From Octopus vulgaris (lineage: Eukaryota): a DNA stretch of 64,000 bases. The stretch spans positions 54,002,001 through 54,066,000 of the forward strand of contig OX597832.1 of NCBI GenBank assembly GCA_951406725.2. Reading direction: 5' to 3'. The notes beneath the pieces were generated by a model. It saw only the letters and a program-made list of their open reading frames with translations, had not been told where the DNA came from and did no database searches. The position numbers were made by a program, and so were the translations under genes. Below are positions 12,688 through 24,770 of the stretch, one piece after another. Positions within the stretch are counted from its first letter, which is position 1, and every line of letters begins with the position of its first letter.

Positions 12688-13446
12688 TTCATAGATATAA
12701 CATTGGCTAAATCAAGAAGGAATATCGACCGTACAATATTGAACATTTAAGGTATGTCTCTATTCCGATACTTCGAAACAAGCTGTCACCAATTTGCCTG
12801 ATTTATAATGAAATGGATGCATGAAACCTTCACGATTAAAAGTGCATTACTATTTTTTTAAATCTCACAACGTGAGATATTCAGCCACAGTACTTTGTAG
12901 TAAAGATTGTTTGCCAACATAACATGGCAGTCCTGGTTTAGGACTGATGTTGCTGTAATTTAGCCCCAGGATACATCGTCTCTAGCTGGCTATACAACAC
13001 AATCTGTTTCCTTATATTTTCGAACAAGGGAATCTAGCATCCCCACTCAGCTCAAAACAATATCTGTGTATCACGATTTCTGGCTTATTTCTCTACATCA
13101 GCACAGAATAATTGTTCGGCTATTCCTGTTCGAAATATATAGTTTTCAAAGTGCATTAGCAAAAATTCACACTGACAAGGCATATAAACAACATTATATT
13201 TTATTAAAAAGCACTTTGGGAACAATTTTACGAACAACCGACATTGTCAGATGTATTTTCCATTTGCGTGAAAAAAAGATAACGTGCCATCGTTTTTAAC
13301 AATATACCATTGTTACTGATTGTTAAATCTAGAAAACCACAAACTACTGGCCATGAACTGATCGCTATCAGTTGTTATTAAGATTACACGAGACAGTAAT
13401 TTATATAACCAACACAATTCCTTTGTACAATAAAAATTATACAACA

Positions 13447-13692
13447 CAAAATGGCGGACATATGAATGATATGTTACGCAATTTTTAAGGACTGCTAAAT
13501 TTTCATTATAACTGGGTGAATCTACTCAACCAGGGATTGGATCCTTACTTCCGGTTTATAAAGGAAGTGACAACTCGAAGGTTATTATTTGCTAGACATT
13601 TGGTAAAAGAAAATCGATGTAGATGAAAGGAGATTTCCGTTGCAAATAAAATGGCAATGGCCGCAGCAACTGAGAGAATTCTGTCAATTGGT
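13447..13692 (+). promoter_or_regulatory. Candidate promoter / first exon (YY1- and ETS-like motifs)
   Basis: CAAAATGGCGG at 13447-13457, ACTTCCGGT at 13547-13555, AGGAAGTG at 13562-13569, aaaATGG at 13651, in non-repetitive DNA. Motif inference only. Confidence 0.3.
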
Positions 13693-14399
13693 TGGTTACT
13701 CTTTTACTTGTTTCAGTCATTTGACTGTGGCCATGCTGGAGCACCACCTTGAGTCGAGCAAATCGACCACAGGATTTATACTTTGTAAGCCTAGTACTTA
13801 TTTCATCGGTCTCTTTTGCCGAACCGCTAAGTTACGTGGATGTAAACACACTAGCATCGGCTGTCAAGCGAGGTTGAGGGGGACAAACACAGACACACAA
13901 ATCTGCACATATACATACATACATACAGACAGACAGACAGACAAAAATACCCTGTTGTTGTTGAAGTTCCAATGAAGGAGCCTTGAATCTGTGTTGGAAG
14001 CCGGCTCTTTCTCTATTGGCAAGAAGTTTTGAAATGAAATTGAACAATGGCATACATACATACACACATATATTTATATATGTATGTCTGTGTATGTATG
14101 TATGCGTGTATGTATGTATGTATGTATGTATGTATGTATGTATGTATGTATATATGTGTGTGTATGTATGTGTGTGTGTATGTATGTATGTATGTATGTA
14201 TGTATGTATGTATACGACGAGCTTCGGTTTCTGTCTATCAGATCCATTCACAAGGCTTTGGTCGGCCCAAGGCTATAATAGAAGACACTCGCCCAAGGTG
14301 GTCACACAGTGGGACTGAACCCAGAACCATGTGGTTGGGAAGCAAACTTCTTACCACACAGCTATGCCTGCGCTTATATATCAGATTTCTATTTCAAGT

Positions 14400-15300
14400 T
14401 TAAAGGAAATAAAATTCATCTGCGAAGAATAGAACTAGATTTGATAAAAACGAAGTTTGTTTTTGGACAGCGTTCGTTCCATAGCTTATCTTCTTGAAGC
14501 TAACTTAAGAATTAGGAGGAATTTACTAGTTCTGATTCTTCCAGCAGTCAAAGAAACTACAGAAATACATGACTGCGATATTCGGCTCTCTTCTCTTCAT
14601 TTGAAAGCGCCATATAAGAACTTCTCTGAATGATTTAAAGACATTTTCATTATGGAGAATACTGTCTGGATTTTAGATCCATGTTCAAGTATTGAGGAAA
14701 TACAAATACAGTTATAAGAGAAACCGGATCTTTTCGGTTTGAACGACAGTTTTTTCTAGCGGTGTCATATGAAATTGTCACCCATAATTATGACCCTAAT
14801 GTCGATCTATTGCATTTCAATATCTTTTGAGGTTAGGGTTAGGGGTGGGGGAAGGGTATCTTTTTTTCTTCACAGATGTAAATAAACCCAATCTGTTTCT
14901 TAAACGAGGGACATATTCGTACGGCACAGAATGTTGTTTACCTCAATAGACGTCAGTGATTGGTTGAAATTGCAGAAATTGAAGAAAGAAAAACAACAAA
15001 TATCTTACAAACTATAGAATTTTCTCAATAAAGCCAAGAGAAAAAGATGTTTTATAAACACATTCTACCAGTATATGAAGTTTAAAATTTTTTTAGTTAC
15101 GTGGAAATTATTTTTAAAAACTGCCGTTCAAACCGAAAAGATCCGAGAAACCAAAAACTGAGAACGGCGACTATCTTTTCCAGAGGCAGCACTGAACTGT
15201 AAAATCTTTAGCTTGAATAATGGGCCTCTGTGGAAAAATTCCTGATTGTGTGATGTTCTCCTGAGTAACAGTTTCTACTCTCGTGATCCCGGTTTCAAAT
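14400..15300 (+). pseudogene. Degenerate hAT (Buster/ZBED8-like) transposase fragment interrupted by a MITE
   Basis: HLKA..KNFSE*FKDIFIMENTVWILDPCSSIEEIQIQL*EK resembles the Buster-type RFEDIL.MEIP.W.IDPF...LQEELIE motif; many stops. Confidence 0.55.
14726..15144. mobile_element. Merlin-like MITE (second family) with 8-bp TSD gagaaacc
   Basis: TIR GGATCTTTTCGGTTTGAACG; internal GGTTAGGGTTAGGG; identical 8-mer on both flanks. Confidence 0.85.
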
Positions 15301-15339
15301 TAAAAGCTATGGTAAATCTATACATTTTCATTATGGGGA

Positions 15340-15416
15340 ATACGTACATACATACAAACAAACACACATACATATATACATACATACATGCATACATACA
15401 TACATACATACATACA

Positions 15417-15450
<34 letters not shown>

Positions 15451-15551
15451 CATACATAGATGCATACAAATATACATACATATATACATACATACATATA
15501 TACATACATGCATACATATATACATACATACATAAATGCATACATAATACA

Positions 15552-15587
<36 letters not shown>

Positions 15588-15835
15588 TATACATACATAG
15601 ATGCATACATATATATACATACATAGATGCATACATATATACATACATATATACATACTTACATTTATACATACATTTATACATGCATACATACATACAT
15701 ACATATATACATACATGCATACGTATATACATACATACATACAGCAAATACTTGTAAAATATTCAATACGTACAAACACACATACATGAACAAATATACA
15801 GACAAACGTATACATAAATTAATATACACCATAAT

Positions 15836-15900
<65 letters not shown>
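15340..15900. repeat. Compound (ACAT)n/(CA)n microsatellite
   Basis: Seen directly; source of several spurious ORFs. Confidence 0.95.
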
Positions 15901-15902
<2 letters not shown>

Positions 15903-16345
15903 TTTTCAAATAAACGTAAAGATTCTCTGCCCGCAACGCACCCTATTTGGATTTTTTTTCCAAAGTAGGATCACAAACTGGGTGTAGAATTTGGTAATGG
16001 TTGTAGGGTAAGAAAATGTCAAAGGTATCTGGGTTTCTAGTGACACCAGAATTAAGAGAGACAACAGTAGACAAGAACGGCTTTAAAATTACTAAGAACT
16101 TAGATTACATCTTGGGTGAACCATTAACCTTTATCAGCAATTTATTGCTATTATGGCTTGATCTGTTGATAATCCAGGAGATTCGCTTATTTTCGAGAAA
16201 TATTTTTCTTCTCTCGAACCTTTTCTGCGGGTTAAAAGTAAATTTCGGCACATGTCGCGGTTATGGCGATTCACCCAACCCCACCAGAGTTTTTTACTGC
16301 TCCCAACATATTAACCCCAATTCTCTGCACAGTTTCTCTTTTGCC

Positions 16346-16716
16346 CTTTTACTTGTTTCAGTCATGTGGCTGTGGCCATGCTGGAGCACCGCCTTTAGTC
16401 GATCGATTAAATCGACCCCAGGACTTATTCTTTGTAAGCCTAGTACTTCTTCTGTCGGTCTCGTTTGCCGAACCGCTAAGTTACGGGGACGTAAACACAC
16501 CAGCATCAGTTGTCAAGTGATGTTGGGGGAACAAACACACATACATATATACAACGGGCTTCTTTTCAGTTTCCGTCTAACAAATCCACTCACAAGGCTT
16601 TGGTCAGCCCGAGGCTATAGTAGAAGACACTTGCCCAGGGTGCCACGCAGTGGGACTGAACCCGGTACTATGTGGTTCGTAAGCAAGCTACTTAACACAC
16701 AGCCACTCCTACGCCT
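16346..16716 (-). mobile_element. SINE family A copy
   Basis: Reverse complement of the 3764-4153 family. Confidence 0.88.
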
Positions 16717-17473
16717 ACAACTACTTAAAATATTGGTTTCAAATTTTGGCACAAGGCCAGAAATTTCTGGGGAGGAGATAAGTCGATTACACCGAGCCCC
16801 AAGTATTCAACTGGTAGTCATTTTATCGACCCCGAAAGGATGAATGGCAAAGTCGACCCCGGCGGAATTTGAACTCAAAACGTAAAGTCGGAAGAAATAC
16901 AGCTAAGCATTTTGCCCAACGTGTTTGCGATTCTGCTAGCTTGTCGCCTTGTACAGCTTGATTTCAAATTTTGGCACAAGACCAGAAATTTCTGGGGAGA
17001 GGATAAGTCGATTACGTTGACCCTAGATACGCAGCTGACGCTTATTTCATCGAACCCCAGCAGAATTTGAACTCAAAAGGCAAAGCCAGAACAAATGTCG
17101 TGAAGCATTTTTGCCGAGTGTTTTAACAATTCTGCCATCTTTCCACTTTGTACAGCTACTAAGATACTAATCCTATTTCCCTACAGAGTTTTTACAACTG
17201 ATGATTACAGTGATGACAGTTCTTTGTGTCCGAAGATCATGAACAAGAGTGGCCGCCTACATGCGGTGCCGAGATTTGCGATTGCCAGTACCACCCAGCA
17301 CCTGTCGTTTACGCCCATCCTCCATCACTGTAGGACTTTTCTTTCTGTCCGCGTTGAATAGTTTTAAATTGAGAGTCCGTTCGCGTAATCCGCTCCTGCT
17401 CTCTACACTTGGAGATCTGACTACAGAGACTCAGAGGCTTAAGACAACTGTAGTGCCCAGCGCAAATGTTGAT

Positions 17474-18961
17474 AAAGCTGGAACGTCATTTCCTAAAAGC
17501 TGGAACGTCATTTCCTAAAAGCTGGAACGTCATTTTCTAAAAGCTGGAACGTCATTTCCTAAAAGCTGGAACGTCATTTTCTAAAAGCTGGAACGTCATT
17601 TCCTAAAAGCTGGAACGTCATTTCCTAAAAGCTGGAACGTCATTTTCTAAAAGCTGGAACGTCATTTCCTAAAAGCTGGAACGTCATTTCCTAAAAGCTG
17701 GAACGTCATTCCCTAAAAGCTGGAACGTCATTTCCTAAAAGCTGGAACGTCATTCCCTAAAAGCTGGAACGTCATTCCCTAAAAGCTGGAACGTCATTCC
17801 CTAAAAGCTGGAACGTCATTCCCTAAAAGCTGGAACGTCATTTCCTAAAAGCTAGAACGTCATTCCCTAAAAGCTGGAACGTCATTCCCTAAAGCTAGAA
17901 CGTCATTCCCTAAAAGCTAGAACGTCATTCCCTAAAAGCTGGAACGTCATTTCCTAAAAGCTGGAACGTCATTTCCTAAAAGCTGGAACGTCATTTTCTA
18001 AAAGCTGGAACGTCATTTTCTAAAAGCTGGAACGTCATTCCCTAAAAGCTGGAACGTCATTCCCTAAAAGCTGGAACGTCATTCCCTAAAAGCTGGAACG
18101 TCATTTCCTAAAAGCTAGAACGTCATTCCCTAAAAGCTGGAACGTCATTCCCTAAAGCTAGAACGTCATTCCCTAAAAGCTAGAACGTCATTCCCTAAAA
18201 GCTGGAACGTCATTCCCTAAAGCTGGAACGTCATTCCCTAAAAGCCGGAACGTCATTCCCTAAAAGCTGGAACGTCATTCCCTAAAAGCTGGAACGTCAT
18301 TCCCTAAAGTTGGAACGTCATTCCCTAAAAGCTAGAACGTCATTCTCTAAAAGCTGGAACGTCATTCCCTAAAGTTGGAACGTCATTCCCTAAAAGCCGG
18401 AACGTCATTCCCTAAAAGCTGGAACGTCATTTCCTAAAAGCTGGAACGTCATTCCCTAAAAGCTGGAACGTCATTCCCTAAAAGCTGGAACGTCATTCCC
18501 TAAAGCTGGAACGTCATTCCCTAAAAGCCGGAACGTCATTCCCTAAAAGCTGGAACGTCATTCCCTAAAAGCTGGAACATCATTCCCTAAAGTTGGAACG
18601 TCATTCCCTAAAAGCTAGAACGTCATTCTCTAAAAGCTAGAACGTCATTCCCTAAAGCTGGAACGTCATTCCCTAAAAGCCGGAACGTCATTCCCTAAAA
18701 GCTGGAACGTCATTTCCTAAAAGCTGGAACGTCATTCCCTAAAAGCTGGAACGTCATTCCCTAAAAGCTGGAACGTCATTCCCTAAAGCTGGAACGTCAT
18801 TTCCTAAAAGCTGGAACGTCATTTCCTAAAAGCTGGAACGTCATTTCCTAAAAGCTGGAACGTCATTCTCTAAAAGCTGGAACGTCATTCCCTAAAAGCT
18901 GAAACGTCATTCCCTAAAAGCTGGAACGTCATTTCCTAAAAGCTGGAACGTCATTCCCTAA
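17474..18961. repeat. 22-bp minisatellite (AAAAGCTGGAACGTCATTYCCT), about 68 copies
   Basis: Near-perfect head-to-tail array with a few variant units; no spacers. Confidence 0.97.
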
Positions 18962-19369
18962 TGTATCAACTATGTCAACATGAATGTCCTTGGGTGGTGG
19001 GTGGGAGGCAAACCCTTTTTCTACAGGGACTTGATAACACCACGATGCCAAATTTTATCAGTTTTCAAGAGAGGTCACTGCTAGTTACTTTTGAACTCTT
19101 CTTTGGACAGTCAGACGTCAGTTTACCTGGAAGAAAACAATGCAGTTATTGATGATAGAAGTTGAAAGGAATGCACGCAAGATTTCACAGCTCTTGCATC
19201 ATTCCTTTATAGTCAGCCTATAAACTTTTCGGCCCACCCTCATACGTATATACATACATACATACATATACATGTATGGATGTGTGTGTGTGTTCTCTTT
19301 CTCTTTTTAATTTTGAATAAATTTTGACGGGCCACCTACTTGGTAGCAAGGTTGTGGAGGAAAGCATCT

Positions 19370-20460
19370 CGTTTTAACTACCATCCTTTAATCGTTAAGA
19401 AGCTCTCGTAAATTTTTATAGTCTCAGACATTGCGATCATTTGTCGCGTATGAATTAAGGATTTGCGTTCTCTCTTCAGGAACTCAGGCGCAGCCATACT
19501 TTGCTTCGGACGGAATGGTATGTATCCTGTTTCTCCAATACTAATAGGTATGAAACTGAAAGTGCATCTTGGGTACTGTATTTGCAAACTCCTTATCAAA
19601 AGTCCATAAATATCCGTTTTCTCTTGTATATTTCTAACCACATCGGTGTCCGGAGAGCAGTGGTTTCCACAACAGAACATATCTTTTCTTTTTGGTCCCA
19701 CACAATATCTGGCCAGTTGTGTTTTAACTTGGTAGCTGTTTTAATTTTTAAATCCCACAACTATTCTTTTGACTCATCGGTCTCGTGGGTTTTTTCTTTA
19801 TTGCTTATCCTGCTCCCGACAGTTTTGGCCACCGCATCATGCCTCATGGGAAGATAATATCTAGAAGACATTTTCTCACAGTTAACAATAGTGTGGTTGA
19901 TGTCTTCAGTCTTGATCATGCACAGCCTACGTTTGTTGTCTACCAAAGTTTTCTTCCTTTTATGCTGGCGGGATCTCTTGTTCTTGAATTGCATACAGGT
20001 AGCCTTCGAAGTGGGATGTCGTAAACATTTGGGAGCCAAGCTTTTGACATGATCAATCCCTTCTATGGTTTGCGTTTTGTACAAATACCAATATGGTAAC
20101 CGTTAATCTCTGAAGTGTTTTGTACAAAGGAAATTATAAGTGTTAAAACTAGGACCGACAAGAAAGCGAGGTTGAAGAACCCTTAATCTCTGCAGTGTTT
20201 TCTACAAAGGAAATTATAAGTGCTACTATTTTCTCTATGAACTGGTCCTTTTTTTATATTCTGTTCTGATAAATAGATTTTACCAATGCTCCTTGGAGAG
20301 AGAACTGTATCTGTTCTTATATCACACCTTTCCTCAAATTCATTAGATATCCTAATTATGCTGTTCACAGTCACAAACTTCAGCATACTAGTTACTGGTT
20401 GCTTTCCTCTGCTGCAGATGTTGTTTCAGTGCCACAATACGTGCTTTATATGATATCGGT
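19370..20460 (-). pseudogene. RLE-type (R4/NeSL-like) non-LTR retrotransposon remnant: CCHC knuckle and endonuclease
   Basis: RLCMIKTEDINHTIVNCEKMSSRYYLPMRHDAVAK, then KHNWPDIVWD and FSFIPISIGETGYIP; frameshifted. Confidence 0.8.
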
Positions 20461-21884
20461 ACAGATTTGAGACTACGGCTCCCAAATCCACTCACAAAGC
20501 TTTATATTATTTGATCATGAGCAGGGGTAGTGGGGGAGCATCATAGTCATATGTTGAGGGGGTTTCTTAGAGGTTTGAATAAATATCGTAACAAAAGTAA
20601 AGTTTGAAGGAAATAGCCATTTTTTCATACTTTCTAGGGGTCTGCAAATAGGAAATAACAGACATCGGGTTAGAGTACATAAACAACAAATCAATGTTTT
20701 TTTTTCTTCTTAGAAATGTTCCTGCTACTTGACATTTGTGCAAATAGAAAATTCAAAATATTCTTTTATTTTTTTATTTTTTTCAAAACGAAGGAAAAAA
20801 ATTATCAACTACTTTACAAGAATTCTAAATCAGCGGCTAGACCAGAAACAGTCAATACCACTACTAAAAACCACTTCTACTAAATACATCGTAAACTCAA
20901 AACTGCCCTACCGTTGGCTTATTTGCTTGTTTTGAAAGAACGAAAGTATTTAAAGTACGTTAGTATTCAATAATGAAACCATTATACATTCTAGATTATG
21001 TTTTTGTTTTCCTTCCGTAGTTAAAATACGTGTTATGGGGAGGACCCCTAACACGTGTGTTTGAAAAGCCGTAAACAGCGAAAGCTCTTGAAAACTTCCT
21101 TCCAAAAGTTTCCTGTGATTCTGTTTCATAAACACCATTTTTTACATAAGTAATAATTTTATATTTAAGAAAGTCTTTCTTCAAATATCATGTCTATGGA
21201 GAATTCTTTGCAAAAATCTATGTGCGTGCGCGTGTATGTGTGTAGATAGACTGAGAAATAGATCGAGAGAGGGTGGGGGAAGAGAGTGAGTGAGTGAGAG
21301 AGAAGAAAGAGGCAGGGAGAAGTGTATCTGTTGAAAACGACGGCTGACGTCACTGATAAATTTCTTGCCGAAATAATTAGCTTATGAATAAACCATGTCT
21401 TTGATCTCAGAGTACATGAAACACGTCCCCAATTAATGGGTGACAATGAAATACGATTCTCTTGTCACCAAATATATAAGCCTTTTTAACTGGGTCACTG
21501 AATCGTTGGCATTCCAAGAGAACACAAGCTCCATCGTGTTACTATTGTAGAGCACTGCCCAAGAATTTATGACATATCAGCTGTAGACAGGAACTTCGCT
21601 GCGGGCTAGCTAGAAAGCTGGTCTGCGGCGAAGTAAACTTTCGGTTAAGCGGGCTTCCTCCTAAGCAGGAGTTGACTGGCAGTTGTGGCTCTCTGGTATT
21701 TAACCGAATAAATCTTTCGTTAACACAATCTGGATCTCCGTTAATTTTTTATGTGTATAGCTTAACTAAAGCTATGCTATCGTGAATCTTAACTATGGAA
21801 AGATAACGAAGGCATAACCTAGAATGCATAACGGTTTCTTTATTGAACACTAACGCACTTAAAATACTTTCGTTCTTCCAATAC

Positions 21885-22272
21885 GGAACGGAAGCACTCC
21901 GTCGGTTACGACGATGAGGGTTCCGGTTGATCCGAATCAATGGAACAGCCTGCTCGTGAAATTAATGTGTAAGTGGCTGAGCACTCCACAGACACGTGTA
22001 CCCTTAACGTAGTTCTCGGGGATATTCAGCGTGACACAGAGAGTGACAAGGCCGGCCCTTTGAAATACAGGTACAACAGAAACAGGAAGAAAGAGCGAGA
22101 GAAAGTTGTGGTGAAAGAGCACAGCAGGGATCACCACCATCCCCTGCCGGAGCCTCGTGGAGCTTTAGGTGTTTTCGCTCAATAAACACTCACAACGCCC
22201 GGTCTGGGAATCGAAACCGCGATCCTACGACCGCGAGTCCGCTGCCCTAACCACTGGGCCATTGCGCCTCCA
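21885..22272 (-). mobile_element. SINE family C, full length, between 133-bp direct repeats
   Basis: tRNA-like head at 22272 going left; flanks 21752-21884 and 22299-22431 differ at only 2 positions by eye. Confidence 0.9.
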
Positions 22273-22486
22273 CATTTTTTTTTTTTTTTTTTTTTTTTTG
22301 TGTATAGCTTAACTAAAGCTATACTTTCGTGAATCTTAACTATGGAAAGATAACGAAGGCATAACCTAGAATGCATAACGGTTTCTTTATTGAACACTAA
22401 CGCACTTAAAATACTTTCGTTCTTCCAATACAAATAAACTAACGACAATGGATGTCTTTGAAAATGACACAACACATCAGAAACAC

Positions 22487-23284
22487 TGTAGCGTTCGCTT
22501 AGTGAATTTCTCTCTTAAACATTCTACAGGTTGTGTCTCTCTTTTCCTTCTGGCTCTCATACTCATCTATTCTTTTCGTATTTATTGTAATCGGCCGTGC
22601 GATGTATTAAAGGATCCATTCTTCGTCACCTCTCCTTCGCACGGTCGTTCTACAAACTGGTGACACCCGACGTGATTTCGATCCACGCAACCCTACGTTT
22701 ACACGGACGTCTACAAATTGGTGACCCAGAGCCAGCTTAATGACCAACCGCTCTTTCTAATTTCACCTCTTCGCTACAGATATGTCTACCTCTTATCGTC
22801 TCTTTTGTCTTCCACAAAATGACTGGGGGGGGGGTATCTGTAGCGTACGCTTAGTGAAATTCTGGCGATTCTTCGGTATAGGTACCGTAAGTACAGGAAG
22901 AGGCTTTGTTTACATTTCTGAAGATAACAGAAACCCTTTTCTTCCACCCCTAACCCTAACCCTCATCCCCCATATATATATATAAAAAAAACTTTCTTGA
23001 AATGTATCCGGTACCTATACCGAAGTTACGCCAAAATTCTCTCTTAAACATTCTACAGGTTGTGTCTCTCTTTTCCTTCTGGCACTCATACTCATCTATT
23101 CTTTTCGTATTTATTGTAATCGGCCGTGCGATGTATTAAAGGATCCATTCTTCGTCACCTCTCCTTCGCACGGTCGTTCTACAAACTGGTGACCCCGACG
23201 TGATTTCGATCCACGCAACCCTACGTTTACACGGACGTCAACAAATCGGTGACCCAGTGCCAGCTTAATGACCAACCGCTCTTT
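22487..23284 (+). mobile_element. Tandem TRIM (miniature non-coding LTR retrotransposon): LTR-internal-LTR-partial internal
   Basis: LTR1 22487-22654 (TGTAG...CTACA, 168 bp), PBS at 22658, G10 PPT at 22825-22834, LTR2 22839-23183, second PBS TGGTGACCCCGACGTGAT at 23187 complementary to the tRNA-Trp 3' end. Confidence 0.88.
22864..23032. mobile_element. 169-bp Merlin-like MITE (third family) inserted in LTR2
   Basis: TIR GGCG..TTCGGTATAGGTACCG; TSD gaaattct/aaaattct; internal CCCTAACCCTAACCC; LTR1 shows the empty site. Confidence 0.88.
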
Positions 23285-23384
23285 CGACCTCGGCGGAATT
23301 TGAACTCAGAACGTAGCAGCAGACGAAATGCCGCTAAGCATTTCGCCCGGTGTGCTAACGTTTCTGCCAGCTCGCCGCCTTATG

Positions 23385-24770
23385 CAGGCTTCATTAGCTA
23401 TCTTGCTCTTGCGTATTTTAGGAAGGCCGTAAAAGAGACTAGATTTACATTTAAAGTTCGTGATATAATTTATTTCTTTTTCTGTCGGATCTTTTCCATG
23501 TAGAAGAATTAAGGATGCAAGATTTTTCATTGCTTTTTGTTGTTTATAGTTAACAACTTTTTCCTAGGAGGTATTGTTTTCTAGCATGGATAACACTCGG
23601 CTTTTGTAGTATTCTGCGTCCATCAGGATCCTTTTTGTCTCTCTTTCTCTTTTACTTGTTTCAGTCATTTGACTGCGGCCATGCTGGAGCACCGCCTTTA
23701 GTCGAGCAACTCGACCCCGGGACTTAATCTTTGTAAGCCCAGTACTTATTCTATCAGTCTCTTTTTGCCGAACCGCTAAGTGACGGGGACATAAACACAC
23801 CAGCATCGGTTGTCAAGCAATGCTAGGGGGACAAACACAGACACACAAACATACATATATATATATACATATATCCGACAGGCTTCTTTCAGTTTCCGTC
23901 TACCAAATCCAGTCACAAGGCTTTGGTCGGCTCGAGGCTATAGCAGAAGACACTTGCCCAAGATGCCACGCAGTGGGACTGAACCCGGAACCATGTGGTT
24001 GGTAGGCAAGCTACTTACCACACAGCCACTCCTGCTTCTTTAATTGTCAGTTCTTTGTCGTTTTGTAGTTCAATTAGATATTTCCATTCTAGATTGTTGA
24101 GGTTTGAGTTAATTTTTCGCTTATGGAAAGTATTTGGGAAATTTTGGATATGGTCGCAGAAATCATCTTGTATTTTATTCTTAGTGATTCTGTGAGTCGT
24201 AATTTTCCGCAGAATTCCGAAATATTGTCTTTAATTTCATTCTGGTTAGATCTTCATGGGGTGGGGTAAATTTTTAATCCTTTAGCTAGTATACTAATCT
24301 TTGTTACAGAGAGAGTTTTCGGATCTTTTCGGTTTGAACGGCAGTTTTTCTAGCAGTGTCATATGAAATTGTCACCCATAATTATGACCCTAGTATCGAT
24401 CTATTGCATTTCAATCTGTTTTAGGGTTAGGGGTGGGGGGAAGGGTATCTTTTTTTCTTCACAAATGTAAATAAACCCAATCTGTTTCTTAAACGAGGGA
24501 CATATTCATACGGCACAGAATGTTTTTTTTTTACCTCAGTGGACGTCATTGATTGGTTGAAATTGTAGAAATTGAAGAAAAAAACAACAAATATCTTACA
24601 AACTATAGAATTTTCTCAATAAAGCCAAGAGAAAAAGATGTTTTATAAAGACATTCTACCAGTATACGAAGTTTTAAATTTTTTAGTTACCTAGAAATTA
24701 TGTTAAAAACTGCCGTTCAAACCGAAAAGATCCGAGTTTTCTTTGATAAATTCATTACTTCGGGCTTCTC
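23385..24770 (-). pseudogene. Penelope-like RT N-terminal remnant interrupted by SINE A (23645-24036) and a MITE
   Basis: LMDAEYYKSRVLSMLE and YITNFKCKSSLFYGLPKIRKSK; FYGLPKIHK is a Penelope RT motif. Confidence 0.75.
24321..24733. mobile_element. Merlin-like MITE (second family) with 8-bp TSD gagttttc
   Basis: Highly similar to 14726-15144; identical 8-mer on both flanks. Confidence 0.88.

Noticed and set aside
16016-16843. Longest ORF in the track (275 aa)
   Set aside because: More than half reads through antisense SINE A and SINE B sequence; the N-terminal part has no recognisable domain or splice support.
17474-18961. CRISPR-like array
   Set aside because: The repeats are contiguous with no unique spacers, there are no cas genes and the context is eukaryotic; it is a minisatellite.
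22195-22272. Functional tRNA genes at SINE heads (also about 1806, 3768, 33673, 41397, 45407)
   Set aside because: The acceptor stems do not close and each head continues into a repeat body; they are tRNA-derived promoters, not tRNAs.
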